From Octopus bimaculoides (lineage: Eukaryota), in NCBI RefSeq assembly GCF_001194135.2, contig NC_068985.1, positions 100,822,246 to 100,854,816 of the forward strand: DNA of 32,571 nucleotides, written 5' to 3'. This document shows positions 11,998 to 24,799 of the stretch, piece by piece (positions within the stretch are counted from its first letter, which is position 1; each line of letters begins with the position of its first letter). The position numbers and the translations under genes are program-made. Below the pieces are notes generated by a model. The model was given only the letters and a program-made list of their open reading frames with translations. It did no database searches and had not been told where the DNA came from.

Positions 11998-12626
11998 GTA
12001 AGTATATAGCATTAAATATATTAAATGGCACCAAGTAAAGTTATATATGTTAAAGCAGTATTTGAAATATCATTTATTTTCTAATTTATTCCCCGATGAA
12101 ATAATTTTCCCGATATCTTAAATTGCGTTTCTCTCAATTAATCTTTGGCATTTAATGCTGATTATAATTTATATTCTCACAATTGCATCCTCTCACATTT
12201 TTTAATCAATTACTCGGCGTTTCATGCACTTAGGAATACATTAATGAATCCTTGACGTCTATGCCATTTACAATCTATTTCCAATATACCATATCATTTA
12301 ATTACTCTCACACAGACAAACACACACTAACGCACACACACTCATACACACATACCGACACATACAGACACAGCAACCGCGCTCGCGCGCGCACATACTC
12401 TCGTGCACGCTCACACGCCAGCCAAACGCATATATATGTGTGTGTGTGTGTATGTGTGTGTGTTGTCTTGTTCCTCACAAAGTCATAACGCTTCAAATTT
12501 GGAAAGGAGATAAGAAACAGTGTCTTATTTCATAAATTTGTCATTTCCCGTGTATTTTTATGTTTCCAAAGACCTGGCATTTTTCCTTATACTTATCATC
12601 TCGTGTGTCCCTTTTCAACAATCCTC

Positions 12627-13274
<648 letters not shown>

Positions 13275-13349
13275 ATTTTCGTTTCACATATTTGGAGAAA
13301 TTTCAAGTTTTTCCTTCTTTGCCTTCCTCTAATATGATTACATTTACTT

Positions 13350-14090
13350 CAAAATATGTTTATTTCTTCATCTATGTATCTGATAAATTTTTCTCTTTTT
13401 TATTTTGGTAATCGATGTTAATTCGATGAATCTTGTACCAGTAGGCAAAGCAACTTCTAAGACCAAAATTTGTTGCTCACAAAGTATTTTACATGCAAGT
13501 AAATTCGTATTTAAAAGTGTAACCATGATTCTTGCAGCAAAACCGAAATGAAATACAAATAACGTAAGGACACCGGAAAATGTAGATTTCCTAACATACT
13601 CCATTCTTCGGAAAAATAAAAGAAAAGCAATAATCTTTTAATAAGACACATAGTGGTTTTATCTAGGTAAACAGTCAGTAACATTATCATTTACTGTTAA
13701 TAGGGATAGCGGAGGATGTTTTGCAAATGATTCCTTGTAGTTTTTCATCATTATCCATGTTATATCTTTAATCAGCCAATTAAAAACTATACGAATAATA
13801 GTCTGCAACTTCAAGATAAAGGTTAACATGAAGCATATTAATCATGTACATATAATGGTTTAAATTAGCTGTATTGAACTTTGACATGCTGCCAAATAAA
13901 TAAAAGAAGATTGACATCTGCTTTTTGAATTGGGAATAATTAGTTGGCAAATGGCCTATGTTGCACTGCAAGCAATGATCTGCCAATGAGCTTTGAAATT
14001 CTCAGTTGAAGCAATTTTCATTCACTTATGTCACCAAAATTTCCGATAAAGGCATCCACACTTTAACATCCCTGTTATGCTTGTATGATC
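13350..14090 (-). mobile_element. Decayed Penelope-like element reverse transcriptase
   Basis: Collinear minus-strand motifs: DVKVWMPLSE (~DVKSLFTNIPLxE), TNYSQFKKQ..GS..TANL (~NNYFQFNxxxY..MGS..LANL), RYNMDND (~RYVDD) and YVRKSTFSGVLTLF (~YRKPTFSGxxTNF, the Penelope-type thumb region). Multiple stops and frameshifts. Confidence 0.7.
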
Positions 14091-14980
14091 ATACTTAACA
14101 TGAATTAATAACACTTTATGGACAACATTGATTTTATATCGTACGTGCCATATATTCTTCATAGCATATAATGTTATATTTACAATCTATCGATGAACAA
14201 TAAAACACGTATAAAGTTGCATACTAAAAATAAACAGGGACAAATTATTTATCAAATGCTATAACAGTATAACAGTAATTACTTGGGTGTTTCTCTTTAA
14301 AGTATGAATACGGATAGAAACGCGTCACCAGTTGTTTCATCATGACTAATTCCATGTTATATAAATGTATTTTCTAATAGTTCTACAACGTCAGCGATGC
14401 AAAGTGAAAACGAATGTTCAATTTTCAGTTCAATCTGACTCAGTTACGCGGTCGAGTTTACTCTCTAGCATTGTTTTCCAAATACATCTCACAATTTGTA
14501 CTAAGCATGAAAGATTGATCAGAGACATGTAGCATGTAATACTAATCTGCCAAATTATTAGATCGTTAGTGTGACGCTACTTGTAGCTCCTTAAATTGGG
14601 TATATGAAATGATACTTACCTCTCACAGGATAGAGTATTTTTTATGTGTCTCTACCTATGACAGTACAGTAAACTCGCACGGTCTGCCTGTGCATACATA
14701 CATACATACATACATACACACACACAGATACATACATACATAATATATATATATATATGGGATGAAGAGAGTAAAGGGAAAGAGAGAGAGAGGGAAATGC
14801 TGATAGATAGACGGAGAGAGACTCTATGCAGTTTACTTTCGTTAGTAAATACGTATTCATAGATCTGAATATAAACTTACTGACAGGTGTAAAATACAAG
14901 TGATATATATATATATATATATACATGTTCCATCCTGGGACTGCCATATAATGTTGCCAAAATGTCATTACTTCGTGGTT

Positions 14981-15050
14981 AACTGGTATTTATTTTATCG
15001 ATGTAACTCTAAAGAACGAAAGAAAATTGAACCCGCAGTATTTGAACTCA
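14981..15050 (-). mobile_element. Degenerate SINE family B fragment
   Basis: Reverse complement TGAGTTCAAATACTGCGGGTTCAATTTT...TCGATAAAATAAATACCAGTT. Confidence 0.6.
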
Positions 15051-15156
15051 TCACCTAAAATCGGACGGAATGCCGTAGAGCATGTCCGGTGTGCTACCTT
15101 TTTTCAGTCAATTCTCCACACTGCAGACGCTGATAAATCTCACAGGACATTCACTT

Positions 15157-15295
15157 GGAGAGCTGGGCGAATTGTTATCAAAAAAGGTAAATGCTTAGCG
15201 GCATATCGTCCTTCTTTACTTTCTCATTTTGAATTCCGCCGAAATCAACTTTGCCTTTCCTGATTTCGCGTCAATAAAATAAGTACCAATTGAAC
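15157..15295 (+). mobile_element. Degenerate SINE family B
   Basis: GAGAGCTGG...AAATGCTTAGCGGCAT...GAATTCCGCCGAAATCAACTTTGCCTTTC...ATAAAATAAGTACCAATT. Confidence 0.8.
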
Positions 15296-16259
15296 AACTT
15301 CCTCCTCCATACCGAATTTTCCGACTTCGTACCAAAATTTGAAACGAAACTTTAAAGGATACTGATGATAAAAGGGGAAACTGAATGCACTTACATGGTG
15401 GCGGTTAAAATAGTTTTCTTGAAGAAAACCCAGATCTTTGATTCGGGGACCTTCATGACTGAACTAGATATGTGAGTTTCAGTGAATTCAATTCCAAATG
15501 AGGACTGCATGGATTTTACCGCAGAAAACACTGCGCTGTATTAACTAACAATGCGAATGTCTAAGTAATGCAATCGAAACAAACTTGAAAAGACAGCTGA
15601 CATTTTTGAGGTGTATTAAACTTCGGTACTTATGGTCAGCCAAGTTATCAGATGAGACAATGCGTTTATAATTTAATGTACAAATTATTAAGTTCACTAT
15701 TTCGAACAGAATCGAAACGATTAACGAATTCTTCTTTAAAGGAACATTAAAAAAAAAAATTGACATGATTTTACGCAACCCTCGTCTCACAAGGCATAAT
15801 GTATATGTATCTATATAAATTCCAAGTTATCGTTTTACATTCATATAAATTCGTCTATTGATATATGTATTGGTGAACATTAAAAACGCTGATGAAATCT
15901 GAAGTCTACATACAGGAACTCCTGTATATTTCACTTGAATTACATTATCCTGATTTGCACTGAATTCCTTAAAAGGTTTGTTTCCTTCGAAATCTAGATA
16001 CTACATATTATTTTCCGTAACACTACCCATATTGGTAGTGTTACACAGTTGATATAATGTTCACTATAAATGAGTTGCCAAGAATACGGTACAAAATGTT
16101 AATGTATCAATTTCTGCCTTCTTGCAATGGTGTATCAGTGTGCTTGTATGTATGTATGTATGTATGTATCTATCTATCTATATATATATTCCATCTTTCT
16201 CTTACACTCTCTGTGTATATACAAGTATATGCATATATAGAATGGGTGTGAGACATTAT

Positions 16260-16298
<39 letters not shown>

Positions 16299-16749
16299 NN
16301 NNNNNNNNNNNNNNNNNNNNNNNNNNNNNNNNNNNNNNNNNNNNNNNNNNNNNNNNNNNNNNNNNNNNNNNNNNNNNNNNNNNNNNNNNNNNNNNNNNNN
16401 NNNNNNNNNNNNNNNNNNNNNNNNNNNNNNNNNNNNNNNTATATATATGCATACATATATTTATGTATACACACACACATTTTTATATATATATATACAT
16501 ATGTGGGGGTGTCTACATATGCATTTATATTTGTACGTATGCATATATTCTTTATTCTTTAGATGTGGCAAAGTATCATTTTGAAGCAATGCCTGGTATT
16601 GTTGCTGTTTTCATATACTAACGTCATATTTTATTCCAAGTACTATAAAAAGTGACTTTTGTAGTTTTAAATCATTTTCATATGATTCTAAAATATACGC
16701 GATTGTCTTTAAAAATATTCAATATGGAAGCTGTTACTGCGAAGTTCTA

Positions 16750-16900
16750 ATTTTATTCACCACACTACCCTTTCAGAGAGAGTTATTGCAGCGGCCGTTT
16801 CACTATTTCTAAGCCCTGTAAAACAACTCGCAGGATTGACACTCGTACCGGGTCTTTCACAAAACCCCTAAAGCCAGGAACTTTTCAGCTCTCCGTCGTA
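16750..16900 (-). mobile_element. Mariner-derived MITE remnant, one TIR
   Basis: Minus strand begins TA-CGACGGAGAGCTGAAAAGTTCCTGGCTT (mariner-type TIR). The interior resembles a decayed mariner transposase C-terminus (FYxGLE..RCN..KGxxVE*); the second TIR is absent. Confidence 0.7.
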
Positions 16901-16949
16901 CAACACACCCTAAATTACATGTTTCTTCTTCAGAATAAATTCCATTCCT

Positions 16950-17400
16950 ATTTGTTCCATTACATGTTTACTTGACCCTTTTATACTCTTGAACTTAATT
17001 ATCAGAGATTTTCTGCAATATCATATGTAGAACCATCCTATTTGTCTTTTCCTTTATTTTCACATTCTTCAGAAATCAAATATTCGGAGCCATTCGATGG
17101 TATTGGAAATATCGAAGTGTGCAGAAATTTCAATTTCGACTTTTTTTTAGTTATTGATGGATTTTTTTTTCCTGATACCGTTTAAAGAGATTACAGCAGA
17201 TTTTGCTGTTGTATTTATTCTTATCTCCTTGCTGTCATCCAATTGATTTGTAATAATACTTCCAATCATAACCTGCAGGTTTAAAAAAATAAGACATTTG
17301 ATAACATAGTTCTCCAAACCACTAAACTGAACGGATGATACCGTCTGACACATCATTGATCAATCTTCGGATAGATAAGCGTGGACTTCCTTTTAAACAA
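16950..17400 (-). mobile_element. Possible very decayed non-LTR RT fragment (R4/Dong-like)
   Basis: Weak collinear motifs HPFSLVVW..LSNVL and QIN..LDDSK (~SPLLF..LSxxL, INHLLYMDDLK). By-eye only. Confidence 0.3.
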
Positions 17401-17489
17401 CAACAATGCACATATATGCCTACAATCGGCGTATACATTGTGAACACATATATAGAAAGAAGCTTATACAAATCTATCCATAAAACTGT

Positions 17490-17665
17490 CTGTGTCTGTA
17501 TGTCTGTCTATCCCCCTGCCTGCCTGCCTGTCTGTCTATCTACCTAACTACTGATCTATCTTTCTTTCTTATGTATGTGCATACGTGTGTATATATGTGT
17601 ATGTATGTGTGTATGTATGTATGTATGTATGTATCTATCTATCTATCTATCTATATCTATATCTA
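17490..17665. repeat. (CTGT)/(TATG)/(TATC) tetranucleotide microsatellites
   Basis: Direct observation. Confidence 0.9.
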
Positions 17666-17950
17666 TCGAAGACTTTTGAATTTTACCATTAGGCTGTAAT
17701 TAACAGAACCACATACACGTGCACCTATGACGGTGGGCAATTTTGTATAGGGTTCTGAGGATTATGGTTACATTACGAATAGGCTGAAGAGAAACAGACA
17801 GTCGGTAAGATTGTTAATTTTGAAACCGAGACCTATTTAATAATGATTTTTTAGGTAATTTAAATGTCTTGCCCGGTTACGCTTTGATATCCCGCTAAAT
17901 TCCGTTTTGAGAACAATTTAGGTCTTAGTAGACACAAGATGTGATCTATT

Positions 17951-17994
17951 TCTAGCACATTGAATGTCCACGTTAGTGGTCAACGTTATATATA
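17951..17994. mobile_element. Solo degenerate TIR of the MITE family at 31161
   Basis: TCTAGCACATTGAATGTCCACGTTAGTGGTC resembles TCTAGCATAATGGATGTCCACTTAGTGGTT (31481-31510); it also abuts a (TA)n run. Confidence 0.65.
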
Positions 17995-18937
17995 NNNNNN
18001 NNNNNNNNNNNNNNNNNNNNNNNNNNNNNNNNNNNNNNNNNNNNNNNNNNNNNNNNNNNNNNNNNNNNNNNNNNNNNNNNNNNNNNNNNNNNNNNNNNNN
18101 NNNNNNNNNNNNNATATATATATATATATATATATAACTCACAAAAAGGGTTTACGGAAGTATTCAGGGATGTGATTCAAAATGTCATATTCGACACGGT
18201 GCTTGGTATGAATCTTTGAATAATGTATTCCTGATTCAAAAGATAGCAACTCTTTATGCTATGTCTGAATATGTGGATGCTTGTGCATGTGTGTGTGTAC
18301 GTGCGTGCGTGTTTGTGTGTGTGTGCGCGCATGTGGGTGTTCGTATGAGTGTGTGTGTGTGTTCGTGCGCGTGTATATGTGTGTGTGCATGCTAGATGCT
18401 TGTAAATATTCTAAATGTTCCCTATAGTAAATTATATTGCTCCTGCTTGGAATTAAAGCTTCATGGATGTACAGCACTATTTAGTAACGCTGTTCGGAGA
18501 TTTCCCGATTATTATGAACACGTTTAACACACGTTGGTGTGCAACTGAGACATGTATGGTGAGCGTCGTATAATTTAAAACTTAATCTTCATTATTCCGT
18601 GAACACAACTTCAAAGTAAAGCACCATCAAATATTTATAACCGATTATCATCGGTTTTGAAGATGTCATAGGCTAGCGTTCATTCGAATCTTGGTGACTC
18701 CTTTATATCCGATATGTCACTGTTTGTATACGAAAATATTAGCTCAACCTATAATATATTAGCAAATATTAACATCTACTAGCTTGAGCATATTGACCAA
18801 TACAAGAAAATACTGCTGTAGTTTCACTCTACGAATCACACGATCCATACTCTGATATCTGCTATCATCAGTGACATCGAGGAAGGACGGTCAAAATTTT
18901 TGTTTAGAGGGTTGTTTCTTTCAATCCATCATTCTGT

Positions 18938-18940
18938 TTG

Positions 18941-18993
<53 letters not shown>

Positions 18994-19040
18994 TTATCTA
19001 TTTATCTATCTATCTATCCGTTTGTCTGTCTGTCTATCTA
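18938..19040. repeat. (CTAT)n microsatellite
   Basis: Direct observation. Confidence 0.95.
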
Positions 19041-19671
19041 TTTATACTTAATTCGTCACACATATAAATACATACATACATCCGGACATACGTACATCGC
19101 AGTGATACGGCTGAAACGTATAAAAGTTTATAAAAGGAGGAAATAAGATATGCGGACACACATATTAGCTGACCTGGAAAAATGCATTTAATGAAACTAA
19201 ATTAAATGTGAGATGTTTTATCTCTTATTCCAATCTTTTATAGAGGTTATCAATGCTTGTGCTTTAAAATATAAGATGATAATTTGACAACCATGGTACA
19301 AACGGGTAGAGTATACCTCACATCAGAGCATTTTATTTGGGCTGGGGGCGTAATGAAGCAAAACCCTTGCAAGTGATCCCAACGTTAATCACAGAAGCCA
19401 TTGTTTAAAAAAAATAGTGTGAGGATTTGATGACAACGAAGAATTCGCTGCTAAATAAAACATAGTCTACAACATAAATATATAAAATACCAAATTATGA
19501 GAAATATTCAGAGTTTGCTTTTAGTAATATAGGGACATACGGAACGAAGTTAATAGAATATATTTGAGTCAATAATTTCAATAATAATTTCTTATAAGTA
19601 CTCTCTCTACACTTAAAACGTTCTGAGATGACTGAATAAAAGGAATAATATTTATTATTATTCATTCCTAA

Positions 19672-19820
19672 GTTAAAAGCATACAATTTTTATTTCATTC
19701 TGAATACAAACTTTCTTGTTCTATAGTTTTTCGTTCAAATTCTGCTGAGAATAATGTGATCATACTAGAATTACTCCTGAGAGCTTCATTGCAGAAATAA
19801 ATCTGAAGCAGTTACTACCT
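19672..19820 (+). repeat. Diverged direct repeat, copy 1 (copy 2 at 22857-23020)
   Basis: Shared ordered blocks GTTAAAAGCAwACAAwTTTTATTTCATTCTGAAT, AGAGCTTCA and GAArCAGTTACTACCT. Confidence 0.8.
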
Positions 19821-19874
19821 GTACATTTCTATTAACGAGAGTTTTTGAGAAATGAGGGATTATGTACGTTATTT

Positions 19875-20081
19875 ACGTTTGACGAATATTTGTCCTCGAC
19901 TTGTTTTGTTGTTAATGTACTCTCCGGCCTTCATCAGGTTTCCTGGCGGAATTTCGAACTTAGGTTTTCATTCTTAATGTTATTATTATTATTATTATCA
20001 TTCTTCATTTTACTGCCTGGAATCGAACACGGTATCTTGGTCTTAGTAGCTCGCACATTTAACCACTACGCCATTTACCCG
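19875..20081 (-). mobile_element. tRNA-headed short element with a hammerhead half-core downstream
   Basis: Minus strand: GGGTAAATGGCGTAGTGGTTAA (A box)...GTGTTCGATTCC (B box), (AAT)n, then CCTGATGAAGGCCGG. No acceptor stem, so not a tRNA gene. Confidence 0.7.
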
Positions 20082-20323
20082 TGGGCAATTATGAAGTGAA
20101 TTTTCGGCCTTATAAATCTAATATATTCCTAACCTTCATTAATACCAGTTCCCATTTGCTGCTCATATCTGCAGAGGAGGTTATTATGTCCTAGCATATG
20201 TGCTGCCTCCTTTTTTTACTATCTATGTCTGACGTTTATAAACTCCTTCGAAGTTAAACTTTCAAACTAATTTCCATGTATTTTCAGATATTTCGCGTGC
20301 TCGGGTAGATTCTTTTCTCTTCA

Positions 20324-20459
20324 GCATACCTACTAATAATGTATACGACATCAACATATGCATATCTAGTACCGTATATAACATCACTATATGCATACCT
20401 ATTAATGTGTATGACATTACAATATGCCTTCCCACAACTGTATATATGCGCCATATTAT
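20324..20459. repeat. Degenerate 33-bp minisatellite, about 4 units
   Basis: Units of 36/33/33/34 nt starting GCATACCTA or similar and ending ATAT. Confidence 0.85.
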
Positions 20460-21251
20460 GTATAAGCATTTCTCGACATGCAACGACTTATAGCACTTTT
20501 GTTTATCCTAAGTATCTGAAATAACATTATTTAGTTCAGCATGATGGAAGAAATCCTGGGCCACAGTGTGGGAATTATGTCTTGAACCATATATTCCCAA
20601 ACTGAACGAATTACCAAGTATCAATCCTGTGACAACACGTAAATCATCTTTCTGTGATTTCAGTATTTATTTCTATATGTAACAGCAATATCGGTATCAT
20701 TCATAATAAAAATCTTTTCGTAAAAAACTATCTTTAACCGAATTTCGTAAAGAAAGTCACATTTACTTTTCGTCATTAAACTCTGATGTGGAGAAAATAT
20801 AAGGAAGTTTTGAAATTGTACGTAACATATATATTGATTTGCGAAATATTTATCGCAATTGATCTGCAATGGAAATGATAAAATATATAGTGAAAATTAT
20901 TACTTCAAGAATACCTTCTTTGGCTAGAATTCTATAAAATGTTTGAAGTAACTTCAAAACCATGGGGTTTTTGTGGGAGTTCTCTGTGATAGGTCTTCAA
21001 AAATTTTGGAAAGTGCAATAAAGAAACTTTAGCTTTCAAATTCAGATATGTGTGTATTTATGTGAGTGTGTGTACGTGTGTGCATATGTGCCTGTGTTTG
21101 TGTGTGCATGTGTGTGTATGTGCATGCGTGCGTATGTGTACACACGAGTTTTTGTGCCTTTCTGTTTATGTGCGTATCTTTGTGTGTGTTTGTGCGTGTG
21201 GAGTGCATATGTGTGCGCGCGAGAGTTGTGCCTTTCTTTTCATGTGCACGC

Positions 21252-21283
<32 letters not shown>

Positions 21284-22856
21284 CTGTGAGTAACTATCAA
21301 AAAGTAATTCAGGCCGACTCTTCCAAAGAATTACAAAACATCAAATTTCTCAATAATCAATGTCAAGTATGTCTTTCTTCCTATCTCTCTCTGTTATCGC
21401 TGGCAAATTTTACGCTAATATCTCTTTCATGATGAATCTAGATTTCATTGGCTTATAAATTATATGCGTGTGATTATTTGTGAGAATATGCGCCAGCATC
21501 CACACGCACTCATAACATCATACTCTCATATCCACATTCTTATAAACACAGCTACGTACGTAGTTATATACCCGATCTCATATGATAAAAATATACCTGT
21601 GTGCCCAAGTGTATATGGTGCTGTGTTTCTTTGCGCTTTTATATTTATAAGTGTATCATATGATTGAAAGAAACACATTACGTACCTGTATCTCTCGAAC
21701 ATGTGTGAGAATATTAAATCAAATGAAGTGAAATAAAGGGTATAAGCAAACCCTGCATTTAAATAGGAGCCGAATTGTGAATCGGAAAAAGAAACCGACC
21801 CTCTAACAGACACATATATCGAAGCATTTGGTTAAATGTTTTCCTAAATAAATGTTGGTAGTTTCGAAATAGAAGCGTTCAGGTAAAATCCACAAAGCGC
21901 TAAAGACATTCTGCGTTCCAATTTGAAAATGTGCTTTCACCAATAGCAAATCTGAATTTGAAAGGTTTCTCTATTATAAGTTTATTCAAAATCTTCCGTG
22001 ATGCTAGTTAGTAGCTAATTGTTGTGTCGAGAAAATGTTTGCAGGATTACGGAAGATGTTTGTAAATTTATTGTCAAATATGAACTCTTAAATGTGTTAC
22101 ATCATAAATACCTTCTTTTGGTTCCACTAATATCAGAATGTATTACAAAAAGTGTTTAGAATATAGATAATGGTCACTCCTAAAGTGCTCGAGCGTTAAG
22201 AAATCTAAATAATTACACTAATGAATTGCTAAGAATTAGTAGCTAACTTTGGTGAAAGACTAAAGGCAAAATTTACCGCACGATTATTAACTCGAAATTG
22301 CAACCGGTGTCACACAAGTATCTTAATCTAAAGATTGCCAAACACTTACAAAAACATTACTAATATACTGCGCGAAATCATTCATATAAGACATCTGAAT
22401 ATTTAGAGTTGCAACATTTTTACAGGTTTCAAGGGTATTTCTTTTTAAATATAACGCAAAGAATCACGTCTGTATAAATAAAATAAAACTCAAATATGAT
22501 TCGAATTGAAATTACGCTTTCACAGAGCAAATGACTTCAGTCGTTTTAAATGGTAACCATGGAAACATTTTCTCTCAATGTCAGTTTAATTTAGGCTTAA
22601 TGCAAGTATACCATATACACACATACTTCCTACAATATTTTGTTACATACAATTCTGTTTTTTGTAATAACCACTAAATTCAAGTGTTGTTTAATGGTAT
22701 TTGTAAATGTCACAACACAGTAACCCGCCTCACACAGTCACAGACAAATATACGCACACACACACATAACATATAGGAACAAACACACACACACACACAC
22801 ACACACTCACATAGAATCTGTACAAAGTTAACAGTGAAGTTATTATTTATTCGTAT

Positions 22857-23020
22857 GTTAAAAGCAAACAAATTTTATTTCATTCTGAATGTAAATTTCT
22901 TCTACAATTTTTCTCTCAACTTCTGAAGATTTCGTAAACATTACACTATAATTTCTTGTCACCTTAGAGCTTCAGCGGGAAAATACAACTTATTTGTTGG
23001 TGATGAAACAGTTACTACCT
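22857..23020 (+). repeat. Diverged direct repeat, copy 2
   Basis: See 19672-19820. Confidence 0.8.
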
Positions 23021-23501
23021 ATGTCTGATATTTACCAACTCCATCACAGGTGAACTTTCTACCTAATATCCAGATGCATACGTACATACATATATACATA
23101 CATACATACACACATAACTACATACATACATACATACATACATAAAACCTGGAAAAATCAGGGTTCTCAAAACCTGAAAGAAAAAGGCTGATTAGAAGAC
23201 TACAAATTCAAGCCATCAATGGAACTGTAAATATATGTAAAACTTTCCAAAAATTTAGCACATAAATACATATGCATGCATCTGGACATAAAAACGCATC
23301 CATAAAACAAACATACAAATCTGCGCATACACACACACCAAATACTGCACACACACATATATGCACAAATACCTAGATGATGTTGATAAAAGTTCCAATG
23401 AAGGAGCCTTGATCTATGTTAGAGTCCGGCTCTTTCTATATGGACAAGAAATACAGAAATGAAACTGATTGATAACATACATACATACATACATATAGAT
23501 A

Positions 23502-23532
23502 TACAGGGGTTGGACAAAATAATGGAAACACC
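23502..23532 (+). mobile_element. Tc1-like terminal inverted repeat, single end
   Basis: TA-CAGGGGTTGGACAAAATAATGGAAACACC is a typical Tc1-family terminus at a TA site; no partner TIR seen in the window. Confidence 0.65.
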
Positions 23533-24799
23533 TTAAAACAGACATGATTTTCAAATCTTAATACTTCCGACACGTAACACCTCCAGGATCCTTGTCCATG
23601 CAAAGGCACATTAGTGGAACGTGTACAAGATATTTCGTGAAAATAAAAATCATATTTATCTAGATATGTTTGGTAATGGTTGCCTTCAGTAACTTTGGAT
23701 ATAGTAAACGCGGACTTTCTATACCCTGTTTTCTACTATTTCAGAGATACGGGCCATAATTTGATGGGAATTTGGGTTCTAATTCTAGCTGGCCAAGTTG
23801 CTACGTAGAGGCACTTTCACTAGCTTGACTGAATATTAATTGGTTGGTTTTGTTGGCGGTATAGTAAATAGAGAGATAAATTTCAATATTCACACATACA
23901 AATGTGTAACTGAATACACAAAACACATTTGAATCTTAGTTATATAAAAACTCTGAAATATATACAATTAATTAAATGAATCATTTATCTTAAACTAATG
24001 AATAAAACTGTCGTTTATATATGTGTACGTATAAAACAACAAAGAAAGATAAATGAATAAACGAAAGCCTAAAATCATAGAACGTATATCAAGTAACAAT
24101 GTTTGGAAGTATTAGTGCAACGGAATTTGTGGAAACAAATAACAAAACCCATCAACCATTGTTGCAGCGGAAAATAAACTTCGATAGTAATTTTTCTAAG
24201 TTTTAACTGACAATGATTTTGAAAATCTAATTAAGAACAAGTATGTTTTTAGAATTACTGGTGTAGAAATAAATAAATTTAAAACAGATAGAATTAAATT
24301 AAAATGAAGTGCCTTTTTCAATAGATCTATTAAAAGATGAGAATCCGCTGTAACATAAAACAGAAGACAATACTTTAGATTTAGTCGATGCCTGTGGAAA
24401 GTAAAAAAAATATATATATATATTGAACTAAATGCGATAGATATCAAAAATTTGTGGGTAAATTAGGAAATGTATTCAAGCAAACATATGAATGTCAGTT
24501 TGATATATATTTCTTCATTAACTTTTTTTTATTAATTCTAAATTCAGTGTCTAAATGTATAGAATACCACCCTATAGAATTTCTGTTCTTTTCTGTAGAT
24601 TACATATTGAATATAAGTTGAAATAATTATGTTGGTGTTAATGAGTGGCCTTAATTCGTCTTTGAAGAAGCACTATGCCACAATCTCACTTTACTGAAAC
24701 AGAAAACGTATAATTTTGCCTAATATAACATTTCATATTGTCTGATTATTCGCCGCAGGGAAGAAGAATTGTATTATTTAATTTTAGCGTTGGCGTTGT

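Noticed and set aside
14620-14690. Minus-strand exon candidate with GAG|GTAAGT donor
   Set aside because: The acceptor lies in a microsatellite and all frames contain stops.
20013-20081. tRNA gene
   Set aside because: A and B boxes present but no acceptor stem; treated as a SINE-type head.
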